Of a DNA stretch of 64,000 nucleotides, positions 1 through 12,683 are shown piece by piece (position 1 is the first letter of the stretch; every line of letters starts with the position of its first letter). Source of the DNA: Schmidtea nova (Eukaryota); NCBI GenBank assembly GCA_044892505.1, contig CM097883.1, positions 413,168,001 through 413,232,000 of the forward strand, in the 5' to 3' direction. Both the position numbers and the translations under genes were made by a program. Below the pieces are notes generated by a model that was not told the origin of the DNA, did no database searches, and worked only from the letters and a program-made list of their open reading frames with translations.

Positions 1-94
1 GTCTGCAAAACGAATGTCCACAATTAGTAAACATTAAACTAGTTTCGTTTATCATTGGTGAATAGCATATCAAACATTCTTGATCTATTTCCAT
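1..94 (-). CDS. N-terminal part of a C3HC4 RING-finger protein, continuing off the left edge
   Basis: The reverse strand from ATG at 94 reads MEIDQECLICYSPMINETSLMFTNCGHSFCR, which has the C-x2-C ... C-x-H-x2-C RING spacing. It is below the ORF-track length cutoff. Confidence 0.7.
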   Translation of the reverse strand, partial: MEIDQECLICYSPMINETSLMFTNCGHSFCR

Positions 95-764
95 TAAAAT
101 GTTATTGTAATTTCTATTGAAAACAATTATATTCAAGAAATTAAAAAATCATTTAATTAACTTTTTCTTATATTCTGCTGGTTAAGAACAAAAAATTAAT
201 TTTTAATATATTTAAACAATTTTTTTAAAAATAATTTTTCAGTTAAATTTATTAAACATTAAATTTTATTAATAATTATTATTTGAAAACATATTCAAAT
301 TTTAAAAAAATATTTATATGAAGTCACCAAAACAATTTCGCCAATTTTAATTTAAAAATTTGCTGTTTATAATATTTTTTTAAAAATATTTTTTAATTTT
401 TCATCGATTTGTTGTTGTGCCAATGTTTGTAATTTTAAATTAAAATATTTAGTAAAAATTATTAAATTTAATTCGATGCTTCTGTAATCAAAATGTTAAA
501 TTGAAACAACCATTTTTTCTTAAATTTTTATCAATTGATAAAATATTGGTGGGAACCCAAAGAATTTACACCTAAGGAATTTCATATAATTGTTGGGTTA
601 TTGAGTTGTTGATGAAATTTAAAATTTACCAATTATTTCTCTGACCCCAAATGTGCTTTATTTATTTTCAGACAATTTAAACCTTCATTGATTACCATAG
701 TTAGCTACAGAAATTACAATGACACTTCCAATTCAATACCACAACAGCTTATTTCAACTCTTCG

Positions 765-1462
765 TGGTAATTTATTCAATAGGCTTCGACTCTTTTCTTA
801 TTCGATCAATTCTTGTTTTGCAATGTTCAATTAAATCTTCTCAAATTCACGTTTTTAATAATATAATTCTAATTGACTCAAAGGGTTTCTTCTCTAATCT
901 CCTCTACTACAATTTCCATTTATCCAATCTAATTTCCGCTTTTCTAATTATTAATTTCTCTAATTCTAACTTCTATAACTCTAACTTCTAATTTTTAATT
1001 TCTCCAATCTAAATTCTAATTCATCTACAGTGGTTTCTCCCTTTTATAGCTCGTCATTCTTGCGTACTTATTTCTTTTCCTATTTCTTTGCCTGTAGCAT
1101 TCTCTATATTTTCCTCAAAGCTCCGGCTGATAGCTATCAAGACATGTCATTCTTTTCTTTTTGTTGTTTCGCTTTTTCCTTCTGCACTCTTGATATCTCT
1201 GACAAGCTGACAAGATATGAATTTTCCTCTTGTTTTTGTTTCCCAATTTTGGAATTTCTTTTTCCGTTTTTGCACCTATAAATTATCAATGACCATTTTC
1301 TTGCTTTATTGTTCAATTTTTTTTATTTTGCTAATACTTTCTCATTTCTCATTTTTTTCTCTTCCTTCTTCTTTATCGAATTTCAAAACATCGTCTCGTT
1401 TACCATGTCAATTGTCTTTGATATTGATATCATTTATTTTTTTATTTAGATAACTTCAACAT
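765..1462 (+). repeat. Dispersed repeat family R1 (LTR-like, ends in CAACA), copy 1
   Basis: Shares long blocks (TGGTAATTTATTCA-TAGGCTTCGAC; CCAATCTAATTTCCGCTTTTCTAATTATTAATTTCTC; GACAAGCTGACAAGATATGAATTTTCCTCTTGTTTTTG) with 54343-54990. Reverse-oriented relatives lie at about 36170-36720 and 46352-46870. Confidence 0.7.
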
Positions 1463-1476
1463 AATAAAAAAATAAT

Positions 1477-2080
1477 ATCAATATTTCTCATTATGGTAAG
1501 ACTATAGATCTATTTGATCTATAATATAGATAAATATATAATAAAATAAAATAGATAAATATAATATAGATCAAATAGATCAAATAGATCATAAAGATTC
1601 CAAATGATCTAGATCAACGGTGGGCAAATGCGGCTCTTGGAGCCGCATGCGGCTCTTCGTTGAGTAAACTGCGGCTCATTGATAATTGAATTTGAAAATT
1701 GAATTCACCAATACACCAAATTTCAAAGATTTGACCAAGAGTCTTCGTTAATTCAAGGATTTTCATTACTTTTTATTAATGGATTTTTATTATATTATAT
1801 TTTTGTTACTTAAATTTTGAAATAATTATTTTCTTTTTGTTTTAATAGCGTTTAAGTCTTTTTTAATCAAATTAATGAAATAAAAAAAATGTGTACTTTA
1901 CTATGGTGGCTCTTTAAAATATAAATTATCGGAAATTGTCTCTCATTGAACTCATGCGTGCCCACCCTTGATCTAGATGATCGATTTGATTTATTTTATC
2001 TATAGTCTTACCAATTTGAGAAATATTGATAATAATGCTAAAAAAATATCAAAGGTGAAACAAAAAAATAATTATGATAA
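1477..2080 (+). mobile_element. Fold-back hairpin family (putative Penelope-like pLTR end), copy 1, with expanded centre
   Basis: Arms 1477-1510 and 1998-2030 are near-complementary. They are followed by the family tail ATCAAAGGTGAAA...AATTATGATA also seen after copies 2 and 3. Confidence 0.6.
1615..1970. mobile_element. hAT (Charlie-type) MITE, 356 bp
   Basis: TIRs CAACGGTGGGCA / TGCCCACCCTTG (11/12). Perfect 8-bp TSD ATCTAGAT at 1607-1614 and 1971-1978. Confidence 0.9.
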
Positions 2081-3160
2081 AAAATTAAGAATATGAAAAT
2101 ATCGAGTTTTCCAGAGAAAAAATTGAAATAGTTTAAAATTGAAAGGATCTTAATAATTTTTTTATGTTAAGTTTAATTTTTGGTGTTAATAGGAATTTCT
2201 AGAAAATAGGAAATTTTTTGTGCCAATGAAGACGCACCAGTACGGTGAGTGGGTAAAGCTAATATATTTTTAAATACATTTTTAGCAGATTATTTTTTGT
2301 GACATCATCAAAATTTGCTTTTATTTACACATTTTTTATCAATACAAAAGTCTATTTATTATTATTTAGAATACGTCTTTCACGCATCAAATGCCAAATG
2401 TAAGTGTAACAGTCCATCATAGCCAAAAGTTGAAGAATAATTTATAAAAGTCATTTTTAGACACTGTCCAGACTCAATGGAAAGAGCTTATTGGAATTAT
2501 GTGAAGGCTATTCAATTTTATTTCTTTCTAGATAAACAATCAGATCAAGTGTGACAAACAACAGGTTATACGGAAGCTGTGGTCAAAGATGGCTCTACTG
2601 CTTTCTTGTTGACAAAAAAACTTCATTCATTTTTTCTCATTATTTATACAAAAATAACTTTGTATGAACTTGTTTTGCCATGACTAGAATGGTAAGTTGT
2701 TGCCTTTACTAAACAATGTGGGTTATCCAAAGTATATTAGAAAGCTCGAAATTTAAATATTAAAATTAGGACTTCATTTGTAATGTTAAAGTTTGTCTAA
2801 ATGTTCTATTATTTTTAATAAAATTTTGCGTTAATAATAAAAATATTTTTATTAACCAGGCCAAATTCCACAATGCTTGAAAACTCATTGGATTGAAAAT
2901 ATTTAAAAAAGTAAAATGACCTTTGTTATAGACAGTGTTAATCCCTTACCGAATACAGTAGCACATCAGCTACATCCTATAAAATGCAACTTAAATTATG
3001 TTGGTACTTAAAACCAGCTATCAAATACTGGTATACATTGCTACCAACATCTAACTGATACATGAGCAAACATTCCTCTCAGTTACATGTTGTTTTCTGT
3101 AAGATAAGATCTGAAAGACTTCTTTCTTTAGATCAAAATGATGTGCACAATTCATTGGTA

Positions 3161-4983
3161 CAGTCAACCCTGTTTATTATGAACCCTGCTTAATATGAAC
3201 AGAGTTTAATATGAACATTTAAGTCAAAAATTATTAGAAATCATATGGTTTTCATGGGAAATTATGTTTTATAATACGAACACTGTTTAATTTTGAACAA
3301 TGCTCAAAATATAGTGTAAAATAAATCAATAATTTAAACAATTTCTTTTTAAAATATTTCATTTTTAACTGTCTTTTATTAACATGAAAAACACAAATTC
3401 AAAACGAAAAGGATTTAAATATCGAAGAGAAACAGAAATTGTTAAAATTATTCGATGAAGATAAAAGTTGTTCTCAACTCTTTCTTTCATCAAAATACAA
3501 TCTTTCATTAGGTTGTATAAATAATCTTATGAAATCCAGAGACTCCATTTTGAATTCACTCGAATACCACACAAAAAAGAAAAACACATTGATGTAGTAG
3601 ATATCAAATCGATGCCATCTTTTATGAATGGTTCCAGGCCCAGAGAACAAGAAATATCAGTGTCAGTGGTGACATATTACAACAAAAAGCATTAGAATTA
3701 GCAAATCACTTAGGAAATCATGATTTTAAACCATCAAATGGTTGGCTTAATTCTTTTCTTTCCAGGCATATGCTATCACCGAAAAGAATCATCGGAGAAT
3801 CTAAAACCGTAGATGAAAGGTATGTTCTTAATTTTAAGGAATTGTATATGGAAAAGTTAAAAGAATATGAAGATAGAAACGTTTATTATTTTGACGAAAC
3901 TGGACTGTTTTAGAAATGTTCATTAAACAGAACATATATAATTTCTAAAGAGGATAAAGCAAATGGTAAGTTTTCTGAAGATCGAATTACTATACTCTTG
4001 GGAGCAAACAAGTTAGGAGAAAAGTTAAAGCCTTTAGTGATAGGCATGTCGAAGAAACCTCATTGTTTTAAAAATTTCGATATAGAAAAATTACCTATTT
4101 ATTATCGTTGGAATACAAAATCTTGGATGACGTTGACAGTTTTTCAAGATTGGTTAAAAGATTTAAACAGTATAATGAAGGCAGAGGATCGGAAAATACT
4201 ATTATTGTTAGATAACGCACCTATTCACCCAAAAGACTTTGAATTGAGTAATATCGAATCATTCTTTTTCCCATCAAATACGTCATCTCTTATTAAACCT
4301 CTTGACCAAGGTATTATAAAAAGTTTTAAAGAATATTATAAGAAATTTTTGAGCCAGTCAATGAATTTTAATTTAGATATTAACGTTACACAAGAGATAT
4401 GGTGACAAAAAGGTTGATTTATATCAAGCAGTAGTTTGGATTTCGAAAGCATGGAATAGTGTAAAACCTGCGACTATTTCTAATTGTTATACCAAATCTT
4501 TCGAAAATGCGTATGTTAAAGAAATGAATGCTGAATGCGATGATTTTATATGTTTTGAAATTAATCTAAAATTTGACGAACATCTCTTGTTTGATCTAGT
4601 AGAAAAGTATCAAATGAAAGTTCTGAAAATGAAGAAACAAATGATAATTCTGTTGAAGAGGTAAAAGAAGATACAGTAATAACAGGATTCGAAGCCTATG
4701 AGCATGCAAGAAAACTCGAAAAATACTTCCAAACTAATATTCCTGATAAGATGAACAAAATATGGGATTTCATTGATGAAATTCGAGAAAAAACATCACA
4801 ACAATTGAAAATCACAGACTTTATAATGCGTCAAAGAAATAGAAATTGTGATAAATAGGTGTAATAAATACATTTTTTGTGAAATCTTCGATATTGTTGT
4901 GTTAATAATTGTTCATGTTACTTCTAAATATGAACATTTGACAAAATTGGAACGCTAGTGTTCATATTAAACAGGATTGACTG
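3161..4983 (+). mobile_element. Full-length but degenerate pogo/Tigger transposon (CENP-B HTH plus DDE_1)
   Basis: 24-bp TIRs CAGTCAACCCTGTTTATTATGAAC / GTTCATATTAAACAGGATTGACTG, with TA on the left. Broken ORF from 3384 (...FYEWFQAQR...FKPSNGWLNSF...FDETGLF); ORF 3998-4405 has KILLLLDNAPIH and FFPSNTSSLIKPLDQGII. Confidence 0.92.
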
Positions 4984-5179
4984 CATTTGTATATACTTTA
5001 TTTTGTATTGGAATTCATCTAACTTATAACGCGAGATTATCACAATTACCAAAAAACAATAATAAATAAAATATTGACCTTATATAAAAAATGGTAAAAT
5101 CATAATCAAATTATAATTTATTATAATTTTAATATCAAAATAAAAATAAATTTCACAATTTTATTTAAAATTGAAAATG

Positions 5180-8100
5180 TTAATTGTCCAATGTAACTTG
5201 GAAGGGTTTGGAAAATGCTCTATCGCGTCCACTGACTGCTTCACAGTGATAAATGGCATCATCACCCGGTTTAAAATCATTGATAGTTAAAACGCTAACA
5301 ACACTGTCACAATTGTTTTTGATTTCTCCAATTTTCATTCTCGATTCATCCGGTAAACAATTCCAATTGAATCTCCACGTGACGGCGGGCAGTGGAAGAC
5401 CTGCTACTTCACAAGTCAATTTCACAGTGGTTCCCGACCTTGCTCTAACATCTTTCATCGAAGTGCTGATGATAATTGGTTTAGCTGGCACACAAAAACG
5501 AAAATGCGAAATCAATTCCAAATGAAATAGACAAGAAAATATATTACCACAACCAATTTCATCTTCACCATTTCTACAGTCGGCAGTTCCATCACAGACA
5601 TAACCATAAGGCATCTTGTCACCATTGCTGCAAGTAAATTTCAAAGGTCTGCATTTGTCGGATGCTAGAAATATGTGAAAATATTTGATGGAATGACAAA
5701 AGCAAATTTAAACAATAAATTACCATCACAATGTTTTTCATCGAATCCATTTTTGCAGTCTTCTTCTCCATTGCAGGCCCAATCAATGTTGTATTTCTCA
5801 ACTGTGCTATTGCCGATGATTGGTCCACAAGCTTTCTGTACAGGGTCGCAAGAATCTAGATGGTTATTAATTGGTGGCCATTATTTTTATTTTAAAGCAA
5901 AAAAGTACTGCAATAAGATATATCTTCATCGGATCCATCTTTACAATCAACCACTCCATCACAGAATTTCTGATTGCTGACACATTCTCCACTCCTGCAG
6001 TAGCGATGGTTTGGTGGACAAATGTCTTGGACATTGATTGTAACGTAGGCAACTACTTCTCTAACTCCACAAGTCATCTGAAGTTGTTTGGCATCGATGT
6101 CGATTCCAAATGGAGCAACTAAACGAATTCTTGATGGTCCGACTTTTGAAATTTGAAATCTTTTATCCTTAGATACGAGAGATCCATTGAGAAATCTGAG
6201 ACTTGGTTCTCCAACAGGGGTTCCAACTTTGTCTTGAGTGAAACATTCAAATTCAAACTTTTGACGCTTTCGTACATTGAGAACTGGAGGGCTGACCTTG
6301 GCAACAAATGGTCCTGCAAAGGCAAAGTGAAATATAAAATAAAGGATTATATGTATATGAAATTACTGAATCGTTTCTCAACAATGAACTCGGCTTGGGT
6401 TTCTTGACCAGATGGAATTGAGCAAATGAAATAACCATTGTCTTCCATTTCTGCTGAATCGGTTCCAATGAAACTAGTCCTATCGGCTACATGTCCAGTA
6501 TAAGTAGTCCATCGTTTGTTTGGCATGGCGATTCTTTCTGATCCATCTTTTCTCACGAAATACCATTTGATGTCGGTATTTTTGACATTTGGAATGTTAT
6601 TGACTCGGCAGTGAAATTCACCAGGTTGACCTTCCAATCGTTTCTCAACAGCGGGAGAAATAGCCAACACTCCGTCATCTAGTAGGACACGAATAATCCA
6701 ACAATAACAATTGCTAAACAAGTTCATACCTTGAATGATGATGATGTTGACAGCTTTGGTGACATCACCTACTTGGCACTGATAATGTCCTTCATTTTTC
6801 ATTTGTGCATTGTTCAGAACGAGGATACTGACAAGTCTGCCATTGACTCGTGCAATGTTGAATTTGTTCAGGGAGTCTGGAGTAGATAATTCTTGGTTTT
6901 CGAACTTCCATTGAACATCTGATCCAGAATATTCACTGTCAGCAGAAATTTCACAATGCAGTTCTTTCTTTCTCGACACGATGACAGCGACTTGTGATCC
7001 GGCTCCTTCGATCAGTTCTACAGACGGGAAATTGAACTGGAAAATATAAATGCTGATCACATACCGACTTTAATTGGGACAAAGAATGATAGACGTTGAT
7101 AAGATTTGGCTTCTAATTCTACTTTCTGATTTCTTTGATCGAGTCCGACTATTTTACATTTGTACACTCCAAGCTTCGAACGGGCGAAACTGTCAAAGGT
7201 TATCGTTTGTTGATTGCTTTCCAACAGTTGATTGTCATGATACCAAGAATATTGAACTTGTTTCAGTTCTGGTGCCACTTGACATCGCATTGAGAACTTC
7301 TCATTCAAACGAAACTTTTGAGGATAAGGGGTGATTGTGATGGAATATGATGCATCTAAGGTGGTTGAGGAGGATTCAGCTGGATTGTCAAGCAAGCATC
7401 GTCAATGTATTAGTAACAATAGCAATGAGGAAATATACCAATAATGTTGACTGTTGAGATGAATGTTTTGCCTGATTTATGAGCTCTGTAATGACATTCG
7501 TATTGCCCGAATACCGATTCATCATTTATTGGGACTTGAATTGTGTCAGTCTTCGAGATTGTTCTTCCTTGGGAATCTATCCAATAATAAGAAAATCTTT
7601 CAGTCGATTGAGCCAATTTGAATCCGACACATTTCCTATGAATCAAGCCGTTGATTGTCAGTTTCTCGGAAGCTAGGATCTGTATTTGAACGGTTGGTAC
7701 TAAATGTTGACAAATAATTAGCATGGTTGAATATTCAACCAAATTTACCTGCAATCCTTAGAATGACATCTTTTCTGAAGACCTGGGTCGGTTGAGTTTT
7801 GTGAACAATGGCACAAGTGTATGTGTTTTCGTGTTGTTTCTTCAAAACTGATTCGATAAATAACCGTTCATTATTTGATATGACATATCCATCAGATTTG
7901 ATCCATTGTGCATCGTATTCGTTCCTTGACCAGTTCGTGACTGAGCATTCAATATCGAGATCTTGTGTTTCTTGCAGTGTGATAGTGTTGTGACTTCCAT
8001 CGAGTTGAGAAATGACAATGTTAGGAATGTTTTCTTGTTCCACAATTACTTGATCTAAAATGTGGAAAATATATAATAATTTCCGGATTTCTTTTGCGAT

Positions 8101-8435
8101 TTGTTACCTTGTTCAGTTATGGTGGACTTTTCTCCAGCAATCAATCCCGATTCTATTTTTTCACTTGATCTACAGACATATTTCCCAACATCTTTCAATT
8201 GAACATTTTTCAAATATAATTCTCGACCTTTGCCAATGATGACATTATTTCGTTCCCAATGTATATCAATGATATTTCTTTCATTTTCAGCAGAACACAA
8301 TAATTTGATATCTGAACCGATTCGAACCGTTTCAATTTTCAGTGGAGTTGGTTTCGTTTCAGGCTGACATGAATATATAGAAATCAACATGAAACAAAAC
8401 AGCAATTTCCATGATTGAACTTTGATGTCAAACAT
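5180..8435 (-). CDS. Secreted Ig(7)-LDLa(3)-Ig perlecan-like protein, copy A (10 exons, 922 aa predicted)
   Basis: Exons 8435-8108, 8054-7749, 7699-7439, 7379-7065, 7017-6730, 6678-6367, 6313-5909, 5855-5724, 5664-5548, 5484-5180. All introns are GT-AG and phase 1; no stops or frameshifts seen. Confidence 0.88.
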
Positions 8436-8922
8436 TATCAATGAATGAATGATGATATGAATTGATTACAGAAACAATTTCTTTTATAGTAGTTGCTGAT
8501 AGTGGGAATGTGAAACTATCAGTGATTTGATTGGATAATGTCACACATTACAATAGTTGACGCATACAAATTACAAACACAGCAATGAAAATGAATTTTG
8601 TCATTTTTTAAATATTTCTTACTTATTTTTATATATTTTATTCGAATGTAAAGTTTTAAAATAATGAAAATAATAACAACTCATTTAGAATAATAATAAT
8701 AATTATTCTGATAATAATATTATTTTAAGATAATAAAATTCACCGTTTATATTTCGGTTGGATTTGACCCACCTGTATAACCGGCATATAAGTAGAAGTT
8801 GATTTGATGTTCGTTCAAAATGGTGAAATAGTTTTGTGAATATTTACAGTTTTTATTCCATCTTTTCAAGTCTTTGATGTCGTTATGCTAATTATCTTTC
8901 ATTTCCATTGGAACTATATATA

Positions 8923-9277
8923 CAGGGGTGTGTTGCCAATGACTTAACAACCGACTCGCTAATAAAAAACAAACATTTTTTTATTTATTATATTGAAATA
9001 AGATTATACATATAATGCACTAAGCATACATTTATATAAACTGTATAACAGAGGAAGATGAAGTAGGCATATGAAGCCTTTATTAATGCATTCATATAAG
9101 CTCCATATACCTTATTCATTTCCTGAAAACGACTTCTCGACCCTTTTTTTCACTATCGTCTCCGTTGCCAGTCTATGACTTTCATTTATCCACGACTTTA
9201 CCATCTGCGAAATAATTTAACAACTGGCTCGGCGATTTTCCAAAATTTTAACAACCGGCTCGTGCGAGCCAGTGCGA
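8923..9277. mobile_element. Partial hAT-type MITE inside the inverted arm (mirror at 11842-12196)
   Basis: Starts CAGGGGTGTGTTGCCAATGACTTAACAACCG with repeated TTAACAAC(C/T)GG motifs. The other end is not visible; the element is absent from copy C. Confidence 0.5.
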
Positions 9278-9479
9278 NNNNNNNNNNNNNNNNNNNNNNN
9301 NNNNNNNNNNNNNNNNNNNNNNNNNNNNNNNNNNNNNNNNNNNNNNNNNNNNNNNNNNNNNNNNNNNNNNNNNNNNNNNNNNNNNNNNNNNNNNNNNNNN
9401 NNNNNNNNNNNNNNNNNNNNNNNNNNNNNNNNNNNNNNNNNNNNNNNNNNNNNNNNNNNNNNNNNNNNNNNNNNNNNNN
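9278..9479. other. Assembly gap (202 N)
   Basis: Run of N. Confidence 1.
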
Positions 9480-10479
9480 CAACAGGATCAATCTATAACG
9501 CACCAAAGATTGGTCGACCGAGAACTGTTGTAACACTAGGAAATGAAAAGATTGTCTCGACCGCATCAAAACACAGAGCTTCCATTGAATTAGGTATTCC
9601 CTGCACATCTTTGAGTCGTATGATGAAAAATTTGGGCTTGAAAATGTATCACTCAAGATTAATCCACGGATTATTAGAAGATGATCCGGATCACCGGTTA
9701 CAATTCTGCGAGAAAATTTTGAACGAAGAAGAGCAACAAAATGCTATCCTAGAAAAAATTGTTGGTCCGATGAAGCAAATTTTAAGCTTTTAGGCGCTGT
9801 TAATAGGCATAACTGTGCCTATTATACCACGGAAAATCCGCATATCACAAATGAAGAACAGTTAAATCAACCTGGGGTTACAGTTTGGGCAAGCATTTCA
9901 TGGAAAGGGTTATTGGACCTTTCTTTTTCCATAAAACTGTGACACATGGCCTGTATCTAAATCTCTTGAGAGATACTGTTATCCCACAAATACGGCAGAA
10001 GTTTGATAATGAAGAATTCTATTTTCAGCAGGATGGAGCTCCTCCTCACTATGCAACAGCAGTGCGTCAATTTCTTGACAAAGAATTTCCTCATAGATAA
10101 ATAGGTCGATGAGGGTCAATTGAATTGCCACCGAGGTCACCTGATCTCACTCCAATGGATTTCTTCTTTTGGGGTATTATCAAAAATAAAGTTTTTTTAA
10201 AAGAGCCACGCACCATTGATGACATGATTAAATTTATAAAAGAAGCATGCAAAGAAATAGACAATAATGAAGAACTCTGTGCAAAGGTTTGTCTCAGTGT
10301 GAAGAAAAGGCTACAAGATGTATCTGTGTTGAAGGCAAACAATTTGAACACATCAGAAACTGTATATAATTTGAATTTATTGTTTAGTTTTTCATGGTTT
10401 CATAATAAATCCTAATTGTGACTTTAAAAACTATTTTTTAGAATAATAATTACTGTATACTTACTTTTGGACCACCCTG
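9480..10479 (+). mobile_element. Degenerate Tc1/mariner-superfamily transposon, DD41D (rosa-like); 5' end lost in the gap
   Basis: Broken frames give [15 protein letters not shown] and LPPRSPDLTPMDFFFWG, with 41 residues between the second and third D. Right end CTTACTTTTGGACCACCCTG followed by TA. Confidence 0.88.
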
Positions 10480-10483
10480 TATA

Positions 10484-10487
<4 letters not shown>

Positions 10488-10541
<54 letters not shown>

Positions 10542-10549
10542 TATATATA
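10488..10549. repeat. (TA)n microsatellite
   Basis: Direct reading. Confidence 0.95.
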
Positions 10550-12683
10550 AATTCATACGATAAATTATTATTATTATTAATATCTCTTATTTTGACCTTT
10601 GATAATTTATATTCATAAATTTTTATTTTTCTATAATTTATTTTTCAAAGTAAGAATACCCCTCTTCTATCGAGTTCCTTCACTTTAATGGATGTTTTCC
10701 AGATATTAAAGAAAGAAATTGGAAATTTTTTATTTTTTCACTTGAAGATGAAATGAGGTTTACTGGTTCCACCTGTTCATCATACATAGGATATCATCAT
10801 AGTTAAACTGTTAACCAGAGACCAGATTCGTTTACAATATCGCTCTGATTTACTGTTCAGTGATTAAATCTTTTATATTCCGATTCTTAAATTTTAAGTT
10901 TTGTGCTAGATTCCGTTCAGTTCAGGTTTTTGTTCTTTTTCTAAGTTTTGTTCTCTTAAATAATTTCTTCGATCTGGTAAAGTAAGTTTTCTGGGTTACT
11001 TGGTAATCTAACTCTTACTCACTCCTAGTAACCGCTATATCAATGCGATTTAACCATATTGCTTCCCGTCGCGTACCAACGTTGGTGCTGTACCAAATGA
11101 GTGAATATCCGCAAAAGCTGAGCACTGTTTCAGGACTATAATTGACCGGATATCATGTTTTGGTTTAAGTGCTACTGACAGAAGGTATAATGCCCATTTC
11201 TATGTTCCTTCAATTTCTATAAGAATCATATCAGTACATTTGTACTAATCTTCGAAAATTATTCTGTAAGTCTAAGCAATGAATTAATATCAATCAATAA
11301 GCAATATTTTCTAACTTCGAATAATCGAATCATCGAACTTACGAATAAATTCTTAAAAAAAAGGAGCCCATGAAAACAAGTTTTTAATGCAACTCTTTCG
11401 TTTTCTAATGTTCTCGGTTAATTTTACTGTTGTTTCATTGTTTGGTAGTTTCTTGGCAACAGTAAATTGAAAAATCACATTGTTTCAAAATTTTTCAATT
11501 TTTCAATGGAATAATTTGTGGGCCACCACGAGTCTGCTCGCAAATCTTCAGGTCGATTGGATATCGGGAAGTGGGTTAAAAATCAATCCAAAGTTTGACA
11601 AGAAAACAAACAGAAATTGGAAGTTAAGAAAGAGTTAAATAAGATCAGGATCAGTATATTCACGATCGCGCAAATCTTATCTAAATATTCTTGCTATTTC
11701 TGCAAAAGAACTAGTCGTTCTAAGATTGATTCGTACTCCTCAATCGTAATCTTTAACGGATAAAATATCTCATTACTCCCTCTGGTCCTAATAGTTAATA
11801 TGTTTTGTAGGCTAAAACTAGTTAAAATATTGCTCGCTAGATCGCACTGGCTCGCACGAGCCGGTTGTTAAAATTTTGGAAAATCGCCGAGCCAGTTGTT
11901 AAATTATTTCGCAGATGGTAAAGTCGTGGATAAATGAAAGTCATAGACTGGCAACGGAGACGATAGTGAAAAAAAGGGTCGAGAAGTCGTTTTCAGGAAA
12001 TGAATAAGGTATATGGAGCTTATATGAATGCATTAATAAAGGCTTCATATGCCTACTTCATCTTCCTCTGTTATACAGTTTATATAAATGTATGCTTAGT
12101 GCATTATATGTATAATCTTATTTCAATATAATAAATAAAAAAATGTTTGTTTTTTATTAGCGAGTCGGTTGTTAAGTCATTGGCAACACACCCCTGTATA
12201 TATAGTTCCAATGGAAATGAAAGATAATTAGCATAACGACATCAAAGACTTGAAAAGATGGAATAAAAACTGTAAATATTCACAAAACTATTTCACCATT
12301 TTGAACGAACATCAAATCAACTTCTACTTATATGCCGGTTATACAGGTGGGTCAAATCCAACCGAAATATAAACGGTGAATTTTATTATCTTAAAATAAT
12401 ATTATTATCAGAATAATTATTATTATTATTCTAAATGAGTTGTTATTATTTTCATTATTTTAAAACTTTACATTCGAATAAAATATATAAAAATAAGTAA
12501 GAAATATTTAAAAAATGACAAAATTCATTTTCATTGCTGTGTTTGTAATTTGTATGCGTCAACTATTGTAATGTGTGACATTATCCAATCAAATCACTGA
12601 TAGTTTCACATTCCCACTATCAGCAACTACTATAAAAGAAATTGTTTCTGTAATCAATTCATATCATCATTCATTCATTGATA

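Larger units (their letters stand above)
5134..9277 (-). repeat. Left arm of the inverted segmental duplication (mirror of 11842-15983)
   Basis: Mirror coordinates sum to 21119 (21117 beyond a 2-bp indel) across all paired ORFs. Homology stops at 5134 on the left and runs into the N-gap at 9277. Confidence 0.95.

Noticed and set aside
719-1453. Phe/Ser/Leu-rich ORFs (also 36481, 46563-46836, 54552-54966, 58391-58649)
   Set aside because: Low-complexity translations of the T-rich R1 repeat family.
2200-2720. Series of GT/AG-bounded mini-exon-like segments on the plus strand
   Set aside because: No consistent open frame or recognisable protein after trial splicing.
2850-2900. CAATGCTTGAAAA...TGAAAATATT, with an inverted relative near 29840, as a second ribozyme family
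   Set aside because: Stem II does not pair; treated only as a small dispersed repeat.
5253-7993. Antisense ORFs overlapping the Ig/LDLa exons (and their mirrors in B and C)
   Set aside because: Shadow frames of real coding exons; they recur only because the block is duplicated.
9175-9793. ORFs spanning N-runs (also 50080-50452)
   Set aside because: Artefacts of translating gaps.
12515-12571. Upstream ATG giving hydrophobic MTKFIFIAVFVICMRQLL as an alternative signal exon (present in all three copies)
   Set aside because: Joining it in frame needs a 36-nt intron, shorter than any other here, and ATG 12684 already gives a good signal peptide. It remains a possible uORF.
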